From the human T2T-CHM13v2.0 reference genome, Homo sapiens, in the NCBI RefSeq assembly GCF_009914755.1, contig NC_060925.1: a stretch of 64,000 nt of DNA, one strand, 5' to 3'. Below the pieces are notes generated by a model that made no database searches, was not told the origin of the DNA, and saw only the letters and a list, made by a program, of their open reading frames with translations. Of this stretch, positions 25,701 through 39,395 are shown piece after piece (the stretch's first letter is position 1; each line of letters starts with the position of its first letter). A program made the translations under genes and the position numbers.

Positions 25701-28700
25701 CTTAAGCTCCAGCAATAGAGAAGCAGAGCTGAGATAGGCTGTGCTCAAAGAAGGAGAGTTGGGGACCAGTGTCACAACAGGGCACAGCCCCTGTCCCCAT
25801 CATTCCCATCATTGACCACCCCCTCCTTCCTCAGGAGTTTCTAACTGCTCCCCCATTGCCTGTGTTTAACAGGCAGGGAAGGACTTGATTACAGACTGGA
25901 ACAGTTTCCAGCAGCCCCACTCTGACATGCTAACCCCTACTCCAGAAGCTTGGCGGAGCCTCACCATGGTGGATCGACCGACAGAGCATGGTGAAAAATA
26001 GGTCACTCTGATTGCCCACACCCTCTCCCTCTGGCAAGGACCCCCAGCGGTGTCCCCATGAAATCCCTCCTCAACAGTCCACTGGGATGGCAGCTGAGAC
26101 GCCACAAAGACGCCCCACTGACTCACACAGCCTCTTGCCTGGCTCTGGGCCCATCTCCAGTGGAGGCCTGGCCCTGAGGAGGCCCAGCTAGCTGGCACAA
26201 GAGGCAGTGTCTTCCCAGGACTTGGTGTCAGGATCACAGCTGTGGTTGGGGGAGGATGGGACTGGACAAATGGGCCTCTCAGGATCTGGGTCTGGTGAGT
26301 CCCTGTCTGCACTGTGAAGGACAAATGGGGCAGGGTCCTCCTCAGCTGGAAGGTGGTCAGTTACTTTCCAGGACTACCCAGGCCATGAGATAAGCTCCTG
26401 GTGTGTGTCCTGGAGGACTGGGAGAGTCGAGCAGGGCTACCTAGCCTTGGACCATGCCCAGCCTGTACACAGGCCTGTACACAGGTAGCCCACAGCTACA
26501 GCCCAGGGACCAGGGCTCCTTCACAACTCAGGTGGAGCACAGGGGAGAAAGTGTTCCAGTCTCTGACTTCCATTCTTGGGCCAGCACATTTCAGGTTTAG
26601 AGGCAGTTCCATTTGATAGAAGCTTAGGAAGGAAGACTCACAGAAGTTGAACCAAATAATTGAAAATGATAGGAAGACTAGGGACACTGGAATGGGACAT
26701 CCCCCCCCCCCGCCCCCGCCACCCCCACCACATGCATACACACAGCAGGCCATGGAAATGTTCAGCCTGAGAAGAAAGAGTCTTGGTGTCTTGTGTTTGT
26801 AGGGAGGCTGTGCTGGACTCCAGGCAGAAAAGGGGTGAGGGTAGCTCAGGGCTGAGGGTCAGGGCTGGGGTTCAAGAGTACTGACATCCTGGCAGAGGCC
26901 CTCCAAAGCCCTGGGGCTTGCTCATCTGCCTCTTGGGTCTCAATAGGACCTGCCCAGAAGAAGGGACCAGATCTGGGGCCCTGAGACTTGCGTTCCCGAC
27001 CTTGAGCCACCAAGCTGCCAGGGACAAGGGATGAAAGTGCAGTAGGACTTCTCAGAGCAGCTTCCCCAAAGAAGAGGCTAAGCCTGCTGACCTATGCCCA
27101 ACTCCCATGCCTGCCCAGTCTACAGCCCTCTCAAGGGACCACGGAACTGCTCTCCTCATTGTCATTGCCCTGAAACCTCCTTGATCTACCTGGAGAACAC
27201 CAGAGGGAGGGTGGCATCCCTCCACTTTGGGAGAGGGGCACTCCTCAGAGAACACAGAGCAGCCTCCTGAGGAGCAAGGCCCAGAAGAGGAAAGGGATAG
27301 AACTGGGACAAATGGAAGGCAGAAGCCAGGAAAGACAGGCCAGGAATAGCAGCCAGCAGCTTGAACCTAAGCTTGTAAAGGAGTGAGGGCTGCTCTGCTG
27401 AGCACGGGGCACATCTGAGGTGTGTATGGATTGTGCAGAGGAGTCACTGCACCTGATCCGGACACTAGGTGGTTAAGGCGGGGTACTCATGTTGGAGACA
27501 GCCTGAGACAACGCTGGGGTGTCTTCTGCCTGCATAACCGCAGGGCCACAGCAGCAGCTGTTGGGCGTGAAAGCCAGGAGCCTTTTAACGTAGTAAAGGA
27601 GCTCTCTGTCCCTGACCCAGCTCTCAGGCCTGCCGTACCCTGAGCACCCCTCACCCGGAGGAGTGCCAGAGCCCCTACCAGCGGCTGCTTCTAAGCCACT
27701 GTGCAGCCAGGAAGCAGCGCCGCAGCAGGCCCGAGTGCTCCACTGTCCCCACAGAAGGCATCCATTGAGACCGCGGGACCAGCCTTGGCTTTCACATTTC
27801 GCTGCAGCCTTGTCCCGCGCCGCACTGTTTCCTCCGGCCACTGTGGGGTCACTAAGCGACCTGCAGAACTCGCTGAGGCCCAGGCTCCTGCAGCTCCCGC
27901 CGAAGACTCAAAGCCAGAGTGGACATAAACGCCGTGGGCAGGACCCCGGTGAGGCCTCGGTGCCCTTCTTGGGGGTTCTCAGCGTTGGCCCAGAAGCCTC
28001 AGCCCGGGTCTAAGAACTTGGGACTCTCCTCGACTTTGGCGATCGGCCGGGTCATCCGGCTCAGGGCCTCAGCGGCAGCGGGCAAAACTCTAGTAGGAGT
28101 CTCTTGCCGAGGGCGTGTTTCGACGTCAGAGCCAAACTCGGGACAGACTAGCCAAGCGCGGACGGCGCGAGAGTGGCTGGCAGCGCCAGCACGCAGCCTG
28201 GGTTCAGAGCAAGGCTGGGCGCTCTCAGCAAAGGGCGGCCTGGGGCTGCGCGGGCGGCGGACTGCAGGCGGGAGAAGAGCGAGGTGCGCCAGGCTCTGGG
28301 GCGCGCAACTGCCCAGCCTCGTGAAAGATCGCGCCGCAGATGGGGCGCAGCTGCGCGCTCACTCGTGTGGACTGGAAACGCTCCGAGCCGGTTATTTTAA
28401 AAACCGGGAAATAAGGCGGGTTCCCTCTTCGCCCGCCACTTCCCACCAAGTAGGCTGTGCGGCCCTGGGGGCTGACTGTCCTCAAGCAGCCAGGCTCCAC
28501 CGCGCGCCGCGCTGCGCCGAGGTCCGCTCTGCCGCAGGGACGCTGGCAGCCCGTTGAACACCGGCAAGAGCGCCAGAGGCTAGCGGCCGCCAGGATCTCT
28601 ACCAGGCTCTGCTCGCACCCGCCTGCCTCCCTTTCGTTTGGCCTGTCCTCCGTTCAACTGAAATCGTTAATTTTCTTACCCCCTTGTTCTCATTTTGATA

Positions 28701-30740
28701 TATTCTACGCTTTAAACATGCTCCGTTTTCTTTTGTTTAGTCTGCTCCCTCCCTCTTTGTCCTTTCCCCCTTCTCTAGTTATCCGTTTCGTTCGATCTTG
28801 CTCCTGCTTTTTTTATTCGTTCGTTCCTCATTTATTCATTTTAGTTCATCCCAGCTCGCCGACTGCCATTTACCCTCTCGTTCTCGCCGCGCTCTCCGTT
28901 GTTTTGTTCAATTTCCCTTCCCCTTTTCTTGGTTGTCGCTCGCTTTCTTTGGTTTTCTTTCTCGGTATTTCGTTGTCAAGGCCACCCTTGCCGTCGGATC
29001 CCGGGGTGCTGGGTTTCTCCCGGCCGCTCGTTCCGCACCAGCGCTCTCTGCAGTTCGCGCGGCACCGGTGTGGTCCGGGGGCCCGAGCTGTCGGTGCCGG
29101 ATGCGGCGCGCCTAGCAGGGACGCGGGCCTGGGGGGGTGGCTCCTGCCCGACGCGGAGCGCTGAGCCAGGCCGGGTACCTGTCTCTGGCGGTGCTCACCG
29201 CACTGCGCGGCCTCTGCCGTCTGGCTGGGATCAGAGGAGCCAGGCCAACTGCTTCTCATTAAGTCCCAACTGTGGTTTTTATCAGGAAAGCCTCTTTCAA
29301 AGGGCACAGACACGAAGCTCCGCGGACTCGTTCATTTCCTCCGTTGACCCACACACACCTCCCCGCCCTCCCCTACACATTCCCACCGCCCCGGCTGGGC
29401 GAAAGCCGGAGATGCCCGGCCACTCCGTGGAGGCCCGCGAGGCGCCAGCCGGGCGGCGGCAGGGGGTTGAGGCGGATCTTGGAGGATCCAGTTCTGGGCC
29501 TAGGCTGCGGGATATGGCAGCGCAGATAAGGTGGGTGCAGTGCGGAAGCCGAGACGCCTTACAGGTCATAGGGTGCGGCGGACGGCCGCAGAGCTGCCGA
29601 TCAGCCTGCCAGGCCCCTGCCTTCAGGCGCATTCTCGGATGCCGGCGCGGTCCAGCCGGCCTTAGCACAGGGCACCGGCCCGTGAGCCCGCGGCGCCAGG
29701 GGGTTAGGCTGCCCAGGGCTGCTCCTGACTGCCCAGCGGTGATGATCCAGCGCGGGGAAGCCAAGACTGCCAGAAGGGCGGCTATCATAGTGCATAACGG
29801 CAGGGAGGCCAGCTTAGTATGAGAAATAAGAATACAGTTATTCCGTCTTGAGGACAGCCCTGGCATTGCACGACCAGTCGCGGCCAGACTGTGCCAGTCT
29901 GCCGCACAGGCAGCACCCTTCCTGTGAAGGCTAGGCCCGGGGAGGAGAGACGGGCCAAGACCAGGCCGCAGTCCCCAGCCGACCCCGATTTGACCACTCT
30001 AGGTTGAGGCCCAGCCTCAGGGCCCTCAAAGGGCGCCAGACACAAAAGCCGCGCTTCTTCGTCAGGTCTCAGTGTGGCTCCACAGCCCTCGGCCGGGTCT
30101 GGGCTTCAGGGTAGGTGGCAGTTCCAGTCCAACTTCGGCAGAGCATGCTCTCTCCTTCCCAGGTCCAACTGCTTTCGGGCCCCGACTGGACTCCGGGCCG
30201 TCGCCACTGCACCTTCCCTCGACCTCCCGCCTCCCATTCCCGCCGCCGAGGAACGGTGGTTCACCCTCCCGCCCCACACTGGCCTTTGCCTGGCCCGGGC
30301 CAGCGCCAACCCGGCTTCCGTGGAAGCCGTGGCGAAAGGCGAGAGGGGCAAAAAGTTGAGAAATAGGCGAGCGGGAGAGATAAGCAGGAAGGCCCGGGTG
30401 GGCCCGGGTAAGGAAGAAGAAGAGAGGGTCGGGCTGCGCGCTACGCCCCGCGCCGCGCGTTACCTTCCGCGGGGCCCTCGTAGAAGTGGCCGCCGTTGAG
30501 GGCCGGGCCGGGCCCGAGGTCCTGCAGGTACTTGGCGGGCGGCTTGGCCGGCTCTGGGAGGTAGGGCTCCAGGGGCCCGCAGGCCGGAAAGCGGGTCAGC
30601 CGCGGGCCGCGGGGCGGCGCGGGGTGCAGGTGAGGCGCAGCGGCGGGGGTTCCCTGCGGGCCCGGAGGCTCGTCCCCCGAGGCCACATAGGGGCCGGGTG
30701 CAGGCCCCACGCGGAAAGGCGCGCAGTGCTCGGGGTCCAT
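20860..30740 (-). CDS. ALX3: ALX homeobox 3 (aristaless-like, paired-class Q50 homeodomain TF), 343 aa; exons 30740-30464, 25031-24715, 21690-21562, 21168-20860
   Basis: 277+317+129+309 = 1032 nt with GT/AG introns. Protein [16 protein letters not shown]...[47 protein letters not shown]|[15 protein letters not shown]...PPGLLNWTT*. Confidence 0.98.
21562..21690 (-). CDS. ALX3: ALX3 exon 3 ([43 protein letters not shown])
   Basis: cccccag acceptor, CAG/gtaaga donor; WFQNRR recognition helix. Confidence 0.96.
22731..22774. repeat. (TG)22 microsatellite in ALX3 intron 2
   Basis: Perfect dinucleotide run. Confidence 0.97.
24715..25031 (-). CDS. ALX3: ALX3 exon 2 (homeodomain helices 1-2 and start of helix 3)
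   Basis: ccattgcag acceptor, CAG/gtgagg donor; ORF 24664-25170. Confidence 0.97.
30464..30740 (-). CDS. ALX3: ALX3 exon 1 coding part (Pro-rich N-terminus)
   Basis: ggcATGg start; GAAG/gtaacg donor; ORF 30441-30740. Confidence 0.96.
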
Positions 30741-30809
30741 GCCGGCTCAGGGCGCACAGGCCTCCGGGGCTCCGGGGCTCGCGCTGCCCGCGCCGCCTGT
30801 GAGCGCCCG

Positions 30810-30945
30810 CCAAGGGGGAGGGACCTGGGCGCGGGGGCGCGGAGCCCCCGGGAGCGGCGCGCGCCGCGGGGGGCGGGGGGCGGGGGGCAGGGGAGGGGGC
30901 CGCGCCTCTGACTTAATGCTGGAACCATCCACGTCACGTGTGGCC
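30810..30945 (-). promoter_or_regulatory. ALX3: ALX3 proximal promoter: GC boxes/G-runs and overlapping E-box/CRE-like element CACACGTGACGTGG
   Basis: GGGGCGGGG boxes at ~30868-30900; gtcacgtg at 30933-30940; no TATA box. Confidence 0.65.
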
Positions 30946-33304
30946 CCGTGCGGGTTAACCCCTCGGAGCCCGGGAACCCCCTCCCCCCATTCACCCAGAG
31001 CCCAGTCCCAGGCAGCTCAGGAGAGGATGAAGCAGCTTCCTCTCTAGGGCAGGATCCCTTTGTCTACCCATCCAGGTGAGTCTCTTGCTCAGAGCAGCAC
31101 CCGTGGTCCTGATATCCAGCCTAGAGGCACTTGCCCCTAGAGGGGTGAGGCCGTGTGGGCATCCCCCCCAAACACTTTTGGGCCTGGACTCTGGACATCA
31201 GCCTGGGATGAGGGCCTGGGCGGGCAGACAGGCAGGCCTTAGGCTGCAGTTTTACTTAGGTCTCCGCTAGGAGCTGGACAAAATGTTGCCTCAGCAAAAA
31301 ACACCTCCCTTAGAGATCTCTTGTTTCTCACAGTGAAAGGAGCTATTGGGAGTGTTGTGTGGAAGCAGATCTAAGCTGGGAATGGGGTGCTGGGGAGCTT
31401 GGACCTGGACACTATCATTAATTAGCTATGGTTCCTTGCGCCAATCATTAGTGTCCTCATCTGACTGTGGAGGTCGGGCCAAGCCAACCCTGGGTCTTTC
31501 TATGTATTTGAGGTGTGTTTCAGAAGTAGAGACAGGGCCAGAGCAGACAGGGAGACTCCCATGGGCAGCTCAGGACTGAACAGTGTCCTGCAGGGGCAGC
31601 CTTTGGAACAGGTGGAGGATGAGCAGAAGGGCTGGTGTTTCCTCTGGCAGCAGCTTGGAGTGAATGCGTTTCAGTGGGCAGATGACCCAAGTGTCTGGGG
31701 ACCCACTGGAGAGACTGTCTGCAGCTCGGACCTCAGGGCTGTGCTCCCCCAGGCCTGACGATTCAGAAGGGATGAGGGTAGAACTGCATCTTCTAAGAGC
31801 TGAGTCTCCCCAACCAAAAGGAGACAGGATTAGAGCAGTAGCTTAGAATTTCAGAAAAGAGAAATAACCACCACCCTACCTAAGATCTGGGGAGAAATAC
31901 CCAAGGACCCGAGGACCCTGCTCACTTCCCATGGATTGAGGAGCCCGTGGGGCTGCGTTAAACTGTTTTTATTATCAATGCCCCCGGAGACTAGCAAGAG
32001 AGGTGGGGAGTCAAACATCATTTGTATTTCATTTGAATTCTCAATTTTTAAAGGAATCCAAGAGGCCTGGTGTGAACACCTCCCTCTTCCGCTGGGGGCT
32101 TAGAAGGGGTTTCTTGGCTCCTCAGCCAGAGTTGGGCTGTAAATCAAGACCAAACAGGAACCAGAAGCCTTGCATCTCACAAGGAGTCATTAAGCCGTTA
32201 TTAAACATACCATAACTTCTCTGAAGACTTATTGGTTTCAACACCACCTTGGAGGCATTATGGCCATTAGGGCCCCTAATCACGGAATGCAGACTGGCCA
32301 GAGAGATGGGAGCACCTGGGGCTGGTATTTCTAGTCAAGAGGGAGGCTCGGCTTGAAATTAAGCTTCCCTTCTGGCCTCACCAGAGGGATCCTTTCTCCA
32401 GGATCTAGTGGATCCAGCTCTGGGCAACCAATTTGAACCGATCACCTTTGCCCATTAATAAGGTTTTTCAATAGTTGTTGATTGGATATTGTTTTCTTTT
32501 CTCTCTTCCCCATACCTGCGAAATTGGATATTGTTGACTTTCTAGGAGGACATCAATTTAGGATACCTATTCTATTCAACAGTTATCAAGAAGTTTACTA
32601 TGGAGGATGAAAATATCACCCAGGAAAATGTCACCAACAATTTAAACAAGGCAGCCTGGATCAAAGGCTGAGTCTTCTGCCTCCCATGACAACCTTGCTG
32701 AGCCTCAGTTTCCTCATCAGAAAGGTGGGCCACACATGGAAGTAGGGTATTTGCAAAGCATTCGTGTTTTGATGCACTGTGTTAATTTAATAGATGCTGA
32801 TGATGATGGTGATTACCATCTCCAGTGGGTTCCATCACTGAATAGGTGAAAGGCTCCTGACTTCAGAGTGAATGGGCCTAAGGCTGGAGCTGAGCAGAGA
32901 GACACAGGGACCTGCATCCACTTTCAAGCCCAGAAATTTCTCTTGACATTCTCCCACTCTCTGAACAGAGCCAATTTCCATACTGGGATGGTGTTACCAA
33001 TTAAACTGAGGAGAGAGAAAACCCTAGATTACATGAGAGTTTTGTGGGTAAGTGGAGTTGACCTTCCTGGGAGAGTTTTCTTCCAGAACCACACAAATCA
33101 GCACACGGGGAGGAGACTTTTCCACTTGTCTTTTAAGCCGTTTGTGTAAACTTTTATCTATCTGTATGTGGTCCGGAAAGAGTTTGATGGAGCAGGTGCA
33201 TAGAAACCTCAAAAACAGCAATCTCAGAGTTAATAAATTTTCCTTCTTAGGGGGGCTGGGAGATCATGGAGTGTCACAAAGGCCCTCATATTATAGGTAA
33301 AAAC

Positions 33305-33700
<396 letters not shown>

Positions 33701-35337
33701 CTCCACACGACTCCTCAGTCCTTCTTCAGTTAACGAAGCTGAAATCATTCACTGTGCACCCTCATTTTCCCAGTGGGAAGGCTGGGACTCCTTCCAGAAA
33801 GGAAGGCTGAGGCCAGAGTGGCCTGGGGACATTGCACTGCTGCCTTCATGATCAGCAAATGGCATCTGTTGAGACTCGTATGCCTAGCTGCGGCCACTGA
33901 TACAGTAGGTAGAGGGTGGTTTCTGCTAAGCTGAGACCAAATGAAACAGAGTGCTTAACACTTGAGAGGTTTATGACCAATGCAGCCAGATGTGGGGCAG
34001 AATTTTAAGGGAATTTGTGAATTCACCATTTGTGCTGTTTAATAACCAACTGAATTATAACAGCATTTGTCACTGAAAAATTGTCCATGGAGTAAGAGAT
34101 GAGTGGATGGCGAGATCCAGATAATTCCAGGCCCTGTAATGAAAAAACTGAACAAAACCCCTCTCCATCTGCTAAGAAGAGCTACGTTTTAAATGGAAAT
34201 GATACTTACTAGCTGTTTTACACCAGCTGAATGTTTAATTCATTCATTTAACAGGAGAGCCTACCATGTGATCCCCATTTGCTGGTACCAGGATATAGTG
34301 GCACACACGACATGTGATCCCTGCCTTCACAGTGCTTACACTTTGCTGGAATGGAAGTGTCTCATCCACGTTGAAGAAAATCATCCTCATTTGGCTGTGA
34401 ATTAGAATAGAATCTGGTCTTGTGAGAAGAGTTCCTGGCTCTGGGCCTCAACTGTAAGGTCAGTTCTTCATTTAGGGAAACATCAGCCCCAGCACCACTT
34501 TCCGTTTCATTCTCTGCTTCCCTCAGCCTGCACCACAGGAAGGACATGTGCTTCTTTTTCCCCCAGTGGATTTCCAGAAGGGATAGGGACGATGAGAAAG
34601 AGGTAACCTCAGATCTGAGATTTGCTTGACATACACAAAATTTCCTTCCAACAGGGAAAACTCAGTTGCTTTTTTTCCTTCAAAGGAAAGACAGTTGGTA
34701 TTACCTTTGTCCTGTTTAGATACTGAAATCCTAAATTGATTCATATAAAAATTCTGGGTTTGGGAACCCAAAAGATTGTTTCTCATTAGTGACATTCTTC
34801 CTGGAAGGGCAGGCTGAGGAATGGTAAATAAACCTGTGGATCTGGTGCTTCCTCCTCACTCATGATCTCAGACAGAGAGAGAAAAAGACAGAGAGAGAGA
34901 GAGAGAGAAGAAGCAAAATGATAGGAAAAGAAAAGAAAAAATCTTTGTGTTGTGGACACCCAGAATCCTTGGCTGTGATTCTAACAACCCAGGCTGAAGT
35001 CTGCTTTGGAATAAGATTTGTGGGATGTTTTTTCTCTTTCATTGATTTGATCTGTTTCATTGGGAAAGACACTTAACCTCTCTGTGCCACAGGTTCTTAT
35101 GTGAAAATGGGAAGAAATGAGTCTGTACTCCAGCTTTATGGGAATGAATGTGATAGTAATTATACACATGTTTCTTGAGCCTGAATCCACCACTGAACCT
35201 ATGGTTTTCTGCTCATTCTCTCTGCCCAGCTTACTGAGGTTGGGTTGTAATGGAGGGAGGGGGCCAGAGAGGCGGAGATGTATCTCTTCTCTGGTAGGCC
35301 TCAGTTTGACCTATTGCCTTTGTGTGAAGGTGAATAG

Positions 35338-35683
<346 letters not shown>

Positions 35684-35784
35684 GTCTTGTATAGGAGTTT
35701 TTGATGAACTAATTCTTGATATAAAACAGACCCTTCTGTTTTAGGTTAGACTTTTTGGCCATTTTAACAGTTTGATTAATTTTA

Positions 35785-36180
35785 TGCATTCCTTTATTCA
35801 CCAAGCATTTATTGACTGCCTGCCATGTGCCAGATAGTGGAGTCACACAGTAAGAATAGATCCTGAGAGAGTACCACTTACTCCCAGGGCTTTTCCAGAC
35901 TAGCAGAAGAAAGACACAGAGCAACAGGCATTTACGCCATGGAGTGTGACTCTGCTGAGGCTGGGAGAGCACAGGGGGCCTGGGAGCTAGGAGAAGGGCA
36001 GCTGTCCCAGCTTTGGGCTGGGGGCAGCTGGTCATGGAATGCTTTAAGTTTGAATCTGAAAATCTGGAAAGTTGAGTGGGGGATGCCTGGGTGAAGGAGT
36101 ACTAAGGGGCAGAGAGAGAGGGCATTCCAGAGAGAATGGCCCAAGAGTGAAAGCGAGGAAGCCAAGCTCAGGGAACTCAA
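35785..36180 (-). mobile_element. L2 remnant
   Basis: ttcaccaagcatttattgactgcctgccatgtgccag = reverse complement of L2 3' end. Confidence 0.6.
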
Positions 36181-37134
36181 TTTGTTGAATTTTCCTGGAT
36201 CCTGGAGAAGGAAGAGAGTTTGGGTTGGGGTGGGAAAAGAGAGACAAAGTCCACAGGAATCTAGAGACTCTAAACTCTGGGGTAGGGAGAATGGCGCTAT
36301 AGGCACTGGGTCTGCAGTGTCTGCCAAGCACAGCTTGAAGCACCAAGTCACTAGAGGGAGATACGGAAGAAGCCCCACGCCCTGGGAAGCACCCCTACTC
36401 TAAAGGGGGGACCCAGGACCCACACCAGCAGGAGACATTAAGAAAACACAAAAACAAGAGCACCTCCAGGAAGACGAACAGAAAGCACATTTGTTTGCTG
36501 GGAGTCATGAGGTGGAGAGTTGAGTGGATGGGGCAGAGACGAGTGACATGGGCTGGGCGGTGCAGTCTGTGAGGCCTTTTGTAGCCATATTTTGACTCTT
36601 ACAGGGAATGCTGGCCAGGGCACCCCTTGAACTCATTTCACCAGGAAATCCATTGGTTCCAGAGTGCAGATTCCAGATTTGTTATTTTACAGGGCTAATA
36701 AGTATGTAATTATCACATTTGGAGCCTTTCAAAGGAAATGCAAACACACACCACTGAACACCCTGAAAAATGTGAGTGAAACCCACTCCAGAGTTCTGGA
36801 AGGAGCTCCTTACCATGTCACACAGAAGCATCTACCCCAGCCCAGGGTCTGCTCCTGCACTGGAGGAAGAGAGAAGAGGGAGATTGGATCTGAACTTTAC
36901 AAGGAACTGGAAGAAAAACAAGAGAAGAGGGTGGAAGGGCCTCTGCCCAGCTTCCAGACTCCTCTGGAGTCTCCAGGGAAGGAGAGGTAGAGTGTAGGTA
37001 ATAATAATAAAATCCACTATTTACAGAACACTTACCATGTGCCAGGAAAACACCATCTCATCTAATCTTTACAGTGTTATAAAGTTGGTGTTCATATTCC
37101 CATTTTACAGATGAAGAAACTGAGATTAGACTGC

Positions 37135-37654
37135 GTGTTAGTTGTCTATTTATGTCTATGCTGCATAAAAAATCACCCCAAAACATAGTGATTAAAACAA
37201 CAATAGGCAGTTACTGTGGGTGAGGGATTCAGGAGAAGCTTGGCTGAGTGGTTCTGGCTTGAGGTCTCTTAGGACGGCTAGTTAAATATTGGCTGGGCTG
37301 CAGGATTCTGCAGGCTTGACTGAGCTTGGAGGACCTCTTTCCAAGGTGGCTTGCTCACATGGTTGGCAAGTTGGTGTAGGCTGTTGACTGGAGGCCTCCA
37401 TCCTTCTCCACATGGGTCTCTCCCCAGGGCTGACTGAGTGACCCCACCACCTGGTAGCTGGCTTCCCCCACAGCAAATGGCCCAAGAGAGCAAAGTGGAA
37501 GCTGCAATGCTGTTTATGGCCTGGCCTTGACTCACTCACTAGTACTGCTGCCATAGTCTACTGGTCACACTGGCCAGCTCTACTTTAGCACGAGAGAGAG
37601 GATTATACAAGTTTGGTGAGGCCCCTTGAAGGTCATCCTGGAGGCTGGCTACCA
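37135..37654 (-). mobile_element. MaLR solo LTR (MLT1F-like), inserted in a MIR
   Basis: Reverse complement begins tggtagccagcctccaggatg; other end has tgctgcata...caccccaaaac; MIR halves on both sides. Confidence 0.75.
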
Positions 37655-39229
37655 TGGACTCATTCAGAAACCCCCCCATATCCCACCACAGCTAAGTGCT
37701 GCTGGGATTCAAAACCAAGTGGCCTGACTTCAAAGGCCAGGTTCTAATGCTAATTATTGGGTCAGGAGTGGCTATCTTGATGGGTTAAGAGGAGTGAAAG
37801 GTTAGCAACTCTCACAAATAATTACTGGGCAATGAGAGTCATGTTGCCTATCCTGAGAAAGACTGGGGAGACCCTGGAAAGGGACCAAGGTGTGCCCTGG
37901 CTTTCTCTACACCCTGGCTGTTCAGCTGTCAGAGCAGGCAAACTCCTGGAGGGCTCCCTCAGTACTGAGAGCTGACCTCAGGGATCCTCCAGGTCTTTCA
38001 GTTCATCTGGGTGGAGGAAGGCAAACCTACTTACCTTTTCTCTGTGCTTTTCAGAGGAGAGGTATGAAAAGTGCATTAGGATTCCATATTTGCTCTGCTG
38101 TTAGCTCACCCAAGGGAACCCTGGCCTTAGACCTTGAACTGAATGACAGGGAAGGGAGATGTTGTTGAGAGCGCACCATAAGTTAGGTCTGAACTGGTCA
38201 CTCTACGTTTTAAAATTTCAATAATTATGTTAGGAGGTAGCTATTATTATTTCAACTTTACAGATGAGGATACAGAACTCAGGAAATTAAGCAAACTGTC
38301 CAAGGTGTCATACTCTTTCTAAATGACTGAACCAGGAAGGACCTCAGGCAGGTGGCCTAGTAGACTTGCACCTTTGTCAGAGTCCCAGCTGCCTTGAGCC
38401 ATCTCAGATGGACAAGGACTCTGCCTTCCTTTCCTCCTGCCATTCAGGAGATCTGAGCATTCGGTTGGGCAGAGACTGTGCTCAGCAGAATGAAGGGGCT
38501 AAAATGGTGCCTCCATACACAGACTAGGTGGATCCACCATACACAGCCTAGGTGGATCCTTCTTACTATGTTTTTTTTTCTCCTGGGGAAGCAAGATTTG
38601 GACCTATGACCAATTACCCAGAAATACAAGACATTTAATAAGCATGAGACGGCCTGCCCTTGCTGAGGAGCAAATGTGAGCAGGAAGGGGCTGGAGTACT
38701 CCCAGGTCACTTCCAGGTAGAGAAGGAAACGATTGTGTGGTCATGAGCATGTTAGTACCAATCTCTGGAGTCCCAGCTGTATGACCTTTGGGACCAAGGG
38801 AAAGGGCCATACCCACCTCAGAGAATCCTAAGAGGTCTGTGAGCTGCAGCCTGAGAAAAGGTGAAGGGCCAGGACAATGCGGGCAGATGGAGAGGCAGGC
38901 AGGTGCTGACTCTGGGAAGTGGCCTGGGGCGTTGGCACAGGGAGCTTGGTGCCTTCAGCAGGGGGTTCTGTGAAGGAGTAGCAGAGATGACAGCAGCAGA
39001 GACAGACAGACAGGGTGGGATGAAAATGTGGCAGGTGCAGAAAATGCAGCCGACTTTCTTTTGAGCAATGAGGAGCCATTGAAGAGTGTTGAAAAGCACA
39101 TGGGGCAGGGCCTGTAGTAAGTGTTCGATAATTGTGGGTGTTATTACTGCTGCTGTTGTTACGTAGCAGGAGAATGAGAGCTATGCTTTGGGAAGATAAT
39201 TTTGGTAGCTTAACCAGAATAATGATGAT

Positions 39230-39395
39230 AAATGATAATACCTTATATTTATTGAACACTTACCATGGGCCAGGCTCTTTAAGTACATTATTTTATTTAA
39301 TTTTAACCTCCTTAGGAGAGAGGTACCATTATCTCCATTTTACAGATGAGAAAACTGAGGCACAGAGAGGGTAAGTAACTTGCCCAAGGTATCCA
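39230..39395 (-). mobile_element. MIR
   Basis: ccattttacagatgagaaaactgaggcacagagagggtaagtaacttgcccaagg. Confidence 0.85.

Larger units (their letters stand above)
27700..31000. promoter_or_regulatory. ALX3: ALX3 promoter/intron-1 CpG island
   Basis: Very high GC and CpG density spanning exon 1 and ~2.7 kb of intron 1. Confidence 0.9.

Noticed and set aside
27919-29866. Long ORFs of 189-307 aa in ALX3 intron 1
   Set aside because: They arise from stop-codon scarcity in a GC-rich CpG island, have Arg/Pro/Ala/Gly-biased composition, show no recognisable domain, and often use non-ATG starts.
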